64,000 nt of DNA from Gammaproteobacteria bacterium (GTDB lineage Bacteria; Pseudomonadota; Gammaproteobacteria; Steroidobacterales; Rariloculaceae). The notes under the pieces were generated by a model that had not been told where the DNA came from, ran no database searches, and worked only from the letters and a program-made list of their open reading frames with translations. Made by a program: the position numbers and the translations under genes. Of this stretch, positions 29,103-37,263 are shown in pieces (the stretch's first letter is position 1; every line of letters starts with the position of its first letter). The stretch lies in assembly GCA_036555065.1 (NCBI GenBank), contig DATBLZ010000161.1:10531-74530 (forward strand), written 5' to 3'.

Positions 29103-30455
29103 TCACCGGGGGCCGCGGAGACCCGGCCGGCGCGGCGGCGCGCCGAAAGTCTGGCGCAAGCCCCCGCGTTTGGCCACGTGCTTCATCGTCTTCACGAGTT
29201 GCGTGTGCTGCTTGAGCAGGCGATTCACGTCTTGCACGGCGGCCCCCGCTCCCGCGGCTATACGACGCTTGCGTGAGCCGTCGATGAGCTCGGGTCTAGC
29301 GCGCTCGCGCCGCGTCATCGAATCGATGAGCGCGATCTGCCTGCGCATTGCACGCGCGTCGAACGCCGCCGCCTGTGCAGCGCCGACCGGGATGCCGGGC
29401 AACTTCTCGAGCAGCGATTCGAGGCCGCCGAGCTTGGCGATCTGCTCGAGCTGTTCCTTGAAGTCGTTGAGGTCGAGACTCCGCCCGCGTTTGACTTTGC
29501 CGGCAACTCGCTCGGCCGCCTCGCGGTCGACTCGGGCGTGGACCTGCTCGACGAGCCCGACGATGTCGCCCATGCCGAGAATTCTTGCTGCGAAACGCGT
29601 AGGTGCAAACGCTTCGAGCGCATCGAGCTTCTCGCCGGTGCCCAAGAGCTTGATCGGCACGCCCGTGACGGCGCGCACCGAGAGCGCCGCGCCGCCGCGC
29701 GCGTCGCCATCGGTCTTCGTGAGAATCACGCCCGTGAGCGCGACGGCCTCGTTGAACGCTCGCGCCGCGTTCAGCGCGTCTTGGCCGCTCATCGAATCGA
29801 GCACGAACAGCGTCTCGGCCGGCGCTACGGCCGATTGGATCGCGCCGATCTCCGCCATCATCTCGGCATCGACGTGCAGACGTCCGGCCGTGTCGATGAT
29901 GAGCCAACGGCAACTCCGTCGTTTTGCTTCGGCCACGGCTTCGCGTGCGATCCGCAGCGGATCGGCTTCGCTGGTCGCGAGAAACCCTACGCCGAGATCG
30001 AGCGCGAGGCGGCGGAGCTGCTCGCGCGCCGCGGGCCGGTAGACGTCCGTGCTCGCGAGCAGAACCTCGCCCTCCGCGCCGCGACCGAGGTAGCGCGCGA
30101 GCTTGCCCGCCGTCGTCGTCTTTCCCGCACCCTGCAATCCGACGAGCAGCACGATGGTCGGTCGGCCCTGCGCGACGATCGCGCTCGGCTCCTCGCCGAG
30201 CGTTCGCACGAGCTCGTCATGAACGATCTTGGTGAAAGCCTGGCCCGGATTCAGGCTCCGCGCGACCTCGTCGCCGATCGCACGATCGCGTACGCGATCG
30301 ATGAAGCTCTTGGCGACGGGCAGCGCAACGTCGGCTTCGAGAAGCGCCATGCGGATTGCGCGCACGGTGTCGCGGACGTTGTCTTCGGTGATGCGTCCGC
30401 GGCCCGTCAGATGCCGTACGGCGTCGCTCAGGCGTTGAGTCAGAGCTCCGAACAT
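29103..30455 (-). CDS. ffh: Signal recognition particle protein Ffh
   Basis: 450 aa. MFGALTQRLSDAVRHLTGRGRITEDNV..., GLQGAGKTTT, DTAGRL, and a Met-rich M domain. Confidence 0.97.
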   Translation of the reverse strand: MFGALTQRLSDAVRHLTGRGRITEDNVRDTVRAIRMALLEADVALPVAKSFIDRVRDRAIGDEVARSLNPGQAFTKIVHDELVRTLGEEPSAIVAQGRPTIVLLVGLQGAGKTTTAGKLARYLGRGAEGEVLLASTDVYRPAAREQLRRLALDLGVGFLATSEADPLRIAREAVAEAKRRSCRWLIIDTAGRLHVDAEMMAEIGAIQSAVAPAETLFVLDSMSGQDALNAARAFNEAVALTGVILTKTDGDARGGAALSVRAVTGVPIKLLGTGEKLDALEAFAPTRFAARILGMGDIVGLVEQVHARVDREAAERVAGKVKRGRSLDLNDFKEQLEQIAKLGGLESLLEKLPGIPVGAAQAAAFDARAMRRQIALIDSMTRRERARPELIDGSRKRRIAAGAGAAVQDVNRLLKQHTQLVKTMKHVAKRGGLRQTFGAPPRRPGLRGPR

Positions 30456-30613
30456 CGATTACCGAATCTGCTTGGACCGCGCGCAGCCTAGCACGCGCGC
30501 GATTACCGCGCCGCGAATACGTCGACGCGGCGGCACGATCAATCGCGACGCCGTGCTGCGGGCGCGTTCTTGACCGGTATTTTTCGTTCCGTCAGGCTTA
30601 TTTGTTCACCTCG

Positions 30614-31930
30614 ATGGCGGAGGGCTCGGTTTCTTTGAACGGCGGCATTCCTCTTAGTGTGATGTTCGGCATCCTCGTCGTGCTGATCGTCCTGTCCGCC
30701 TTCTTCTCGTGCACGGAAACAGCGCTCATGAGCCTCAATCGGTACCGGTTGAGACACAGCGCCCGCTCAGGCCATCGTGCCGCGCGGGTTGCGGAGTGGC
30801 TGCTGCAGCGCCCAGATCGTCTGATCGGCGTCATCCTGCTCTACAACAACGCCGCGAACATCGGCGCCGCGTCGCTCGCGGCGATAATTGCGCTGCGAAT
30901 CGGGGGCGAGGATGCGATCCTAGCCGGCTCGATAATCGTAACGGTCGTGGTGCTCATTTTCGCCGAGGTCGCGCCGAAAACGATCGGTGCGCTCAACGCG
31001 ACGAAGATCGCGTTACCCGCGGCGCTCATTTATTACCCACTGCTCAAGATCACTTATCCCGTCGTTTGGTTGCTCAACGTTTTCGCGAACGGACTCCTGC
31101 GGTTGCTCGGTATACGCGCCGACCAAATCGCTTCTCACTCGCTCAGCGCCGAAGAATTGCGCACGATCGTCGCCGAAGCCGGAATCATGGTGCCGCGCCG
31201 GCATCAACGCATGCTGCTCAGCATCCTCGATCTCGATGCCATGACCGTCGATGACGTCATGGTTCCGCGCCAAGACATCGTCGGCATCGATCTCGATCGC
31301 GACTGGCACCACAATCTCGCAATCATTCGCGACAGTCAGTTCCACCGGCTGCCCGTGTACCGCGGCGACGTCGACAACACGCTCGGAGTCGTGCAAATAC
31401 GGAAGTTAGTCCCATATCTCGCCAGCGGAACGCTCGACGAGCACCAACTGCTGCAGCTCACGCGCGAGCCCTACTTCGTGCCCGAAGGCACGCCGCTCAA
31501 CAAGCAGCTCTTGAATTTTCAGCAGCAGCAGCGGCGGTCGGCTTTCGTCGTCGACGAGTACGGCGACGTTCAAGGCCTCATCACGACCGAGGACATCCTC
31601 CGCGAGATCGTCGGCGAGTTCGACCGCTCGGCGGGGCCGGCGGACATCGGCATCGTGCGCGAGAACGAGCTCAGCTTCGTCGTCGACGCCGGCGCCAACG
31701 TGCGTCAGCTCAACCGCGTCATGAGTTGGAGTTTGCCGACGGATGGTCCGAAGACGTTGAACGGATTGCTCATCGAGAAGCTCGAGACGATTCCGAAGAA
31801 AGGCGCCCATGTCAGAGTCGGGGACTATCAAATAGAGATACTCGAAACGACCGAGCACGGCATCCAGAACGTGCGCGTGCGCATCCCGCCGAATCCTCCC
31901 GTCGAGCACCTCAGGGCCGCGAACGATTGA
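30614..31930 (+). CDS. CNNM/CorB-type transporter (DUF21 TM domain, CBS pair, CorC/HlyC C-terminal domain)
   Basis: LSAFFSCTETALMSLNRYRLRH resembles E. coli YfjD/CorB, which is also next to ffh. The track start is a TTG at 30602; the ATG at 30614 is equally plausible. Confidence 0.85.
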   Translation: MAEGSVSLNGGIPLSVMFGILVVLIVLSAFFSCTETALMSLNRYRLRHSARSGHRAARVAEWLLQRPDRLIGVILLYNNAANIGAASLAAIIALRIGGEDAILAGSIIVTVVVLIFAEVAPKTIGALNATKIALPAALIYYPLLKITYPVVWLLNVFANGLLRLLGIRADQIASHSLSAEELRTIVAEAGIMVPRRHQRMLLSILDLDAMTVDDVMVPRQDIVGIDLDRDWHHNLAIIRDSQFHRLPVYRGDVDNTLGVVQIRKLVPYLASGTLDEHQLLQLTREPYFVPEGTPLNKQLLNFQQQQRRSAFVVDEYGDVQGLITTEDILREIVGEFDRSAGPADIGIVRENELSFVVDAGANVRQLNRVMSWSLPTDGPKTLNGLLIEKLETIPKKGAHVRVGDYQIEILETTEHGIQNVRVRIPPNPPVEHLRAAND

Positions 31931-31935
31931 GGAGT

Positions 31936-31981
31936 CCCGGTTAAAGCCGCTTCCACAAACGTAGGGGCGGCTTAGCTGCGA
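31936..31981. repeat. REP-like hairpin pair (inverted copies)
   Basis: cccggttaaagccgcttccacaaa followed by cgtaggggcggcttagctgcga. These are variants of the GTGGGAGCGGCTTTAGCCGCGA family seen at three other loci. The pair lies between the convergent corB-like gene and radA. Confidence 0.6.
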
Positions 31982-33333
31982 GCTTCTTCGAAAATGACGC
32001 GCAGAGCTTCGTCGAGGCGCTCGACCCCGACCGTCTCGATACCGACGCTCTTGCGCGGCACGTTGGCGCGCGGCACGAGCGCCCGGCGAAACCCGTGCTT
32101 GGCCGCCTCGACTAATCGCTCTTCGCCGAACGGCACGGGCCGAACCTCGCCCGTGAGTCCCACTTCGCCGAAAAGGATGAGGTCCTGGCTCACCGCACGC
32201 TCTTTGAAGCTCGAGAGAACTGCGGCCAAGAGCGCAAGATCCGCCGCGGTCTCGGTCACGCGCAGGCCGCCGACGACGTTTGCGAAAACGTCGCTGTCGC
32301 CGATTACGATGCCGCAGTGCCGGTGCAGAACGGCAAGCAATAAATTCAGGCGCTGTGGATCGAGCCCTTGCGCGACGCGCCGCGGCGACTGTACGAGGCT
32401 CTGGTCGACGAGCGCCTGAACCTCGACGAGCACGGGCCGGGTTCCTTCGCGCGTGACGAGCGTCACGCTGCCGGGAACGGGCTCTGCGCGGCGCGCCAGG
32501 AATATTGCGGATGGATTCTTGACCTCTTTGAAGCCGCTCGCGTCCATCACGAAGAAACCCATCTCGTTGGCGGCGCCGAACCGGTTCTTGGCGGCGCGAA
32601 TGATCCTGAATCGGCTGCCTGTGTCGCTCTCGAAGTAGAGGACTGTATCGACCATGTGCTCGAGCACGCGTGGCCCTGCGAGCGTTCCTTCTTTGGTCAC
32701 GTGCCCGATGAGCACGGTCGCGACGTTGCGAGTCTTGGCGAATCTCACGAGCTGCGCCGCGCTCTCGCGAACTTGGCTCACGGAGCCCGGCGCCGATTCG
32801 AGCGTTTCGCTGTAGAGCGTCTGAATCGAGTCGATGACGAGCACCGCGGGCGGCTCGCGCTCGAGGCTCGCGACGACGCGCTCAACACAGGTCTCGGCGA
32901 GCAGCTGCACCGGCGCCGTACCCGCCCCGAGACGCTGCGCGCGCAACGCAATCTGCTCGACGGATTCCTCGCCCGTGACGTAGCAGGTGCGCTCGCGCGC
33001 CGCGATCTCGGCAAGCGCGCGCAGCAGCAGCGTGGACTTGCCGATGCCCGGGTCCCCGCCGATCAGAACGACGGAACCCGGGACCAATCCCCCGCCGAGG
33101 ACGCGATCGAGCTCGCCGAGCCCCGTGCTCGACCGCGCAACTCGATCGACTGAAACTTGGTCGAGACGCGCAAGCTCGATGCGCGCGGCGTTGTCGACAC
33201 GCCGCGGACCACCGACCGCACGTACGCCTTCGACGAGCGTGTTCCACGCGCCGCAATCGGGACACTGGCCTTGCCACTTGGGCTGCTCCGAGCCGCATGC
33301 ACCGCAGCTATAGACCCGCTTTGCTCTCGCCAT
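31972..33333 (-). CDS. radA: DNA repair protein RadA (Sms)
   Basis: From the ATG at 33333: MARAKRVYSCGACGSEQPKWQGQCPDCGAWNTL (zinc finger), GDPGIGKSTLL (Walker A), KNRFG, and a Lon-like C-terminal domain. Confidence 0.95.
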   Translation of the reverse strand: MARAKRVYSCGACGSEQPKWQGQCPDCGAWNTLVEGVRAVGGPRRVDNAARIELARLDQVSVDRVARSSTGLGELDRVLGGGLVPGSVVLIGGDPGIGKSTLLLRALAEIAARERTCYVTGEESVEQIALRAQRLGAGTAPVQLLAETCVERVVASLEREPPAVLVIDSIQTLYSETLESAPGSVSQVRESAAQLVRFAKTRNVATVLIGHVTKEGTLAGPRVLEHMVDTVLYFESDTGSRFRIIRAAKNRFGAANEMGFFVMDASGFKEVKNPSAIFLARRAEPVPGSVTLVTREGTRPVLVEVQALVDQSLVQSPRRVAQGLDPQRLNLLLAVLHRHCGIVIGDSDVFANVVGGLRVTETAADLALLAAVLSSFKERAVSQDLILFGEVGLTGEVRPVPFGEERLVEAAKHGFRRALVPRANVPRKSVGIETVGVERLDEALRVIFEEARS

Positions 33334-33447
33334 GAGCCGCAGAATAGCCCAAAAGCAAGATGCGTCGGGGCCGAAGAAAGTGCGCTTGGGATCACAGGGG
33401 GCGCCGCCTCGTGCGTGGCATACTCGCGTGGCCCGAGAACCGCGCCG

Positions 33448-35538
33448 ATGAGCAACTCTCCCCATCCTCGATCCGACCGCAGAACGGCGGCCTTGCTGGG
33501 AATCGCAGCGGCCCTGGCAATTCATCTCCCGCCCTTCGATTTGGCCTGGCGCATCGACGGTCTCGTCTTCGACACATGGTCGCGGCTCGGCGCGCCCGCA
33601 GCGCCAGCCGATACCGTCATCGTCACGCTCGACGATCCCGCTTGGTTCGCTACGCTCGCCGACATCGCGCACCGCGAGCGCGCGCAATTGCTCGTCGCGA
33701 CCTTGCCGCAGCCGACTTCGCCGCTGCTCGCCGAGTCCGCGTTCGGCCCCACGGAGCTCGCGCTGAACGAGCGGCTGCTGCGCAAAACCGACTGGCAGCG
33801 CGGTGGGTTCTTATGGTTCGGGCCGGAACGCGACGGCGTCGTCCGCGAGGACGTGCCGTTCATCAACGATACCGAGACGCCGTCGCTCGCACTGGCCGCA
33901 GCACGCAGCCTCGAGGCGGCCGGTCACGATTCAGAAGCGGCGGTACGCGCTGGCGACGCGGCGCACCGCGCCGGTTGGCTGCGGTTCTACGCCCCAACCT
34001 CGTTTACGCACTTGCGCCCGCATGATTTGCTCGCCGAACCCGGTCAGCTCGCGGGGAAAATCGTTGTCGCGGGACGGGACTCGCCCACCTACGTCACGCC
34101 CGTGGGGCGCTTGGCTGCGCATGAGCTCCTCGCGCATTTCATCGCCGGTCATCGCGACGGCGACGTAATACGTGTGAGCGTCTTCGGCAACGTCGTTGCA
34201 TGGGTGCTCGCTTTGCTGCTCGTCGGCGCCGCCGCGGTCCGACCGAACACACTGGCGCGCGCGCCGCTCGTGCTGCCTGTCGCGGGAGCGGCCGGCGCAC
34301 TCGGTTTGAGCGCATTGGCGTATTTTGCCCTGAGCTTCTGGATACCGCCCGCGGCTCCGGTCGTGCTCGCGCTCGTTACGGGCGGCATGCTGGCCACGCG
34401 CTCGCCTCGAATCGGCCGCCGTCGTCAGCTGGGTCCGAATCTCGAGGAAGCGCGCGCGGCGCTTGCCGATGGCGACATGGATCGCGCGTGGCGGCTCTAC
34501 CGGAGCATGCCGCCGACCAGCAATCTGAAGGAGGAGCTCTACGAGCTCGGAGCGACGCTCGAACGCTGTGCTTCTCATGCGCAGGCCGCCGACGTCTTTC
34601 ATCGCGTCGCGATCGTCGATCCGCACTTTCGCGACGTCGCAGAGCGCCTGCTTGCGGCGGCGCGCTGTGGAGCGCCACAGTTTGCGCAAGCCGATGTACG
34701 CGGGGCCCCGCTGAAGACGCTCGGGCGTTACGAGATTCTCGCGATCATCGGGGAGGGTGCGACCGGCAAGGTCTTCCTCGGCCGCGACCCCAAGATCAAC
34801 CGGCTGCTGGCGATCAAGGTCATCGACCTTGCCACCGAGTACGAGTCGAGCGAGCTCGTCGACGCCGCCGATCGCTTTCGGCGCGAGGCCGAAACGGCCG
34901 GTCGCCTGACCCATCCCAACATCGTCACGGTGTTCGATATCGGCGAAGCGGACGGCCTCGCCTACATCGCCATGGAGTACCTAAAAGGCCGCCACCTCAG
35001 CGATTTCACGAAGCCCGATACCCTCCTGCCGGCCGCGCTCGTGCTCGAGCTCATGGCCCTGACGGCTGAGGCGCTCCACTACGCCCATAGCCAAAACGTG
35101 GTTCATAGGGATATCAAGCCGGCCAATATTATGTATGATTCCGTCTCGGGTACTTTGAAGATCACCGACTTCGGAATAGCGAGGTTAATCGACGTCAGCA
35201 GAACGCGCACCGGGATCGTCTTGGGCACACCGTCGTTCATGGCGCCGGAGCAGCTCGAGGGGAATAACGTGAACGGGCACACGGACTTATTCGCGTTGGG
35301 TGTTAGCCTTTACGAACTCCTGGCCGGCCGTTTGCCCTTCCGCGGAGCATCCATGACCAAGCTCATGTTCGTGATCGCGAACGAACCGCACCCCCCTGTC
35401 AGCGCCGCCCGCCCGGATCTCCCGCAGCAGTTGGACGCGTTGCTCGACATTGCCCTCGCGAAAAACCCGGCGGACCGGTTCCAGACCGGCGCCGATATGG
35501 CCGATGCGCTTCGCGCGGTCGCTGCTCAGATGAGGTAG
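33448..35538 (+). CDS. Membrane Ser/Thr protein kinase with an N-terminal CHASE2-like sensor region
   Basis: 696 aa from the ATG at 33448. One TM segment, an extracytoplasmic region of about 280 aa, three TM segments and a TPR-like linker precede a Hanks kinase domain (GEGATGKVFLG, AIKVI, HRDIKPANIM, DFGIA, MAPEQ). Confidence 0.85.
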   Translation: MSNSPHPRSDRRTAALLGIAAALAIHLPPFDLAWRIDGLVFDTWSRLGAPAAPADTVIVTLDDPAWFATLADIAHRERAQLLVATLPQPTSPLLAESAFGPTELALNERLLRKTDWQRGGFLWFGPERDGVVREDVPFINDTETPSLALAAARSLEAAGHDSEAAVRAGDAAHRAGWLRFYAPTSFTHLRPHDLLAEPGQLAGKIVVAGRDSPTYVTPVGRLAAHELLAHFIAGHRDGDVIRVSVFGNVVAWVLALLLVGAAAVRPNTLARAPLVLPVAGAAGALGLSALAYFALSFWIPPAAPVVLALVTGGMLATRSPRIGRRRQLGPNLEEARAALADGDMDRAWRLYRSMPPTSNLKEELYELGATLERCASHAQAADVFHRVAIVDPHFRDVAERLLAAARCGAPQFAQADVRGAPLKTLGRYEILAIIGEGATGKVFLGRDPKINRLLAIKVIDLATEYESSELVDAADRFRREAETAGRLTHPNIVTVFDIGEADGLAYIAMEYLKGRHLSDFTKPDTLLPAALVLELMALTAEALHYAHSQNVVHRDIKPANIMYDSVSGTLKITDFGIARLIDVSRTRTGIVLGTPSFMAPEQLEGNNVNGHTDLFALGVSLYELLAGRLPFRGASMTKLMFVIANEPHPPVSAARPDLPQQLDALLDIALAKNPADRFQTGADMADALRAVAAQMR

Positions 35539-35566
35539 CCGGGAAGCGCAGTCGTCGAGTGATCTT

Positions 35567-36400
35567 ATGAGTCTTAAAGGGAAGCTCGCCCACGTTGCCC
35601 TGACGGATGTCGGCAGAGTGAGAGAGCACAACGAGGACAGTATCGGGAGCCAGCCGGAGGTGGGTCTTTGGGTGCTCGCCGACGGCATGGGCGGTTACAA
35701 CGCCGGAGAAGTGGCGAGCGGTATCGCCGTAAAAACGATAATCGATCTTGTCACTGAAGCCTGTAAACGTGAGAAGCGAAACGAGACAGAGCCGGCCACG
35801 GGGTACATGCGCCAGACGATCGTGCTGCGGGACGCCGTCGCGCGCGCGAACAAGATCATCCATCAGACCGCGCAGTCGCAGCCGCAGTGCGAAGGCATGG
35901 GCACGACTCTCGTCGCATGCCTCTTCTATGACGACAAGGTCTCGGTCGCGCACGTCGGCGATTCGCGGCTATACCGGATGCGCGACAACCGCTTCGAGCA
36001 GATAACGATGGATCACTCGCTACTGCAGGAGCTCGTCGATCGCGGTTTCTACTCGCAGGAGGAGGCGCAGCGTTCGACGAACAAGAACTATGTCACGCGC
36101 GCGCTCGGCGTCGATCTGAACGTCGAGATCGAAGTCCAGGAAATCGAGGCCCGCAAGGGCGATTACTTTCTCATGTGCTCGGATGGATTGCCCGACATGG
36201 TCGAGGACGAGGATATTCATCTCACGATCAATACCTTCGATTCGGACGTGAAGACAATCGGCGAGCAGTTGATCAAGCTCACGAACGACAACGGCGGCCG
36301 CGATAACGTTTCCGTCGTCATAGTCCGAGTGAACGAGGGGTTCCCGGCAAACGCAGGAATCCTGGCGAAGTTTCGCAACCTATTTGCGCAATCGGGATAG
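35567..36400 (+). CDS. PP2C-family Ser/Thr phosphatase (Stp1-like)
   Basis: TDVGRVREHNEDS, LADGMGG, MCSDGL and GGRDNVSVVIV metal-binding blocks are present. Confidence 0.9.
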   Translation: MSLKGKLAHVALTDVGRVREHNEDSIGSQPEVGLWVLADGMGGYNAGEVASGIAVKTIIDLVTEACKREKRNETEPATGYMRQTIVLRDAVARANKIIHQTAQSQPQCEGMGTTLVACLFYDDKVSVAHVGDSRLYRMRDNRFEQITMDHSLLQELVDRGFYSQEEAQRSTNKNYVTRALGVDLNVEIEVQEIEARKGDYFLMCSDGLPDMVEDEDIHLTINTFDSDVKTIGEQLIKLTNDNGGRDNVSVVIVRVNEGFPANAGILAKFRNLFAQSG

Positions 36401-36406
36401 CAAGCC

Positions 36407-37207
36407 ATGGCACGTTTGATTCTAAGCTTGGATGGCCAAACTCTGGCCGAGTACAACATGACCAAGGAGCGCTACACGGTTGGCCGGCTCCCCGATAACG
36501 ACATTCGCATCGACAACGCCGCGGTCAGCGGTCATCACTCGTTGATCATCAATATCCTCAACGATTCGTTCCTCGAGGATCTGAACAGCACGAATGGAAC
36601 CTACGTCAACGGCAAGCTCATCAAAAAGCATGCGCTCCAGCACGATGACGTGATCACCGTCGGGCACCATCAGCTGCGCTACGTCGAAGATCAGGCCCAG
36701 GACGCCGCCGAGGATGAGTTCGAGAAGACCATGGTCATCGAGCCGAGCGGCCAGATGGAGAAGCGCGTCGTTCAGGCAGCCAAAGCCGCCGATGCGGTTG
36801 CCGCAGCGAGCGCAGCGCCTGCGAAGGCCGCAGCCAAGGAGCCGGCGAAGGAGAAGGAAGCCGCTAGGCCCAAGAAGCCCTTCTCGCCGACGACGACTCA
36901 GGACGTCGAGGAGCGCGCAGCCGCCGCCGCGACCCTGCCGGTCGCGAAGCTCCAAGTGCTGTCAGGGACGTTCGCCGGCCGCGAGCTCAAGCTCAACAAG
37001 GCGTTGACGACGTTGGGCCGTCCGGGCGTTCAAGTCGCAGCCATTACGCGGCGCGCGGAAGGCTACTTCATCGTCCACGTCGAGAGCGGCGAGAAGGACA
37101 ACTTTCCGCTCGTCAACGGCATGAGCATCGGCCCACAGGCGCGCGTGCTCAACGACAACGACGTCATTCAGCTCGCCGGCGTGAAGATGGGGTTCTTCCT
37201 AACCTGA
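36407..37207 (+). CDS. FHA-domain protein (canonical N-terminal FHA, Ala/Lys/Pro-rich linker, FHA-like C-terminal domain)
   Basis: The N-terminus has YTVGRLPDNDIRIDNAAVSGHHSLII...DLNSTNGTYVNGKLI. The C-terminus has TLGRPGVQVAAI...PLVNGMSI...NDVIQLAGVKMGF, which lacks the SxxH and NGT signatures. Confidence 0.85.
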   Translation: MARLILSLDGQTLAEYNMTKERYTVGRLPDNDIRIDNAAVSGHHSLIINILNDSFLEDLNSTNGTYVNGKLIKKHALQHDDVITVGHHQLRYVEDQAQDAAEDEFEKTMVIEPSGQMEKRVVQAAKAADAVAAASAAPAKAAAKEPAKEKEAARPKKPFSPTTTQDVEERAAAAATLPVAKLQVLSGTFAGRELKLNKALTTLGRPGVQVAAITRRAEGYFIVHVESGEKDNFPLVNGMSIGPQARVLNDNDVIQLAGVKMGFFLT

Positions 37208-37210
37208 CTG

Positions 37211-37260
37211 TCGAAGCGGCTTTGTGCGAGCGGCCTTGTGGGACCGGCTTTAGCCGCGAT
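37211..37260. repeat. REP-like elements (degenerate copy plus good copy)
   Basis: tcgaagcggctttgtgcgagcgg is followed by cttgtgggaccggctttagccgcgat. The locus lies between the convergent FHA gene and dnaB. Confidence 0.6.
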
Positions 37261-37263
37261 CCC

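Noticed and set aside
36700-36900. The Ala/Lys/Pro-rich repetitive stretch in the FHA gene, and the Met-codon repeats at 59860-60200, as tandem DNA repeats.
   Set aside because: These are in-frame low-complexity coding regions (a linker and a Met/Gln-rich protein). They have no exact nucleotide periodicity.
33448-37207. The kinase/phosphatase/FHA triad as a type VI secretion (PpkA/PppA/Fha1) regulatory module.
   Set aside because: No T6SS structural gene (tssA-M, hcp, vgrG, clpV) is present anywhere in the window. The functional link is therefore unsupported here.
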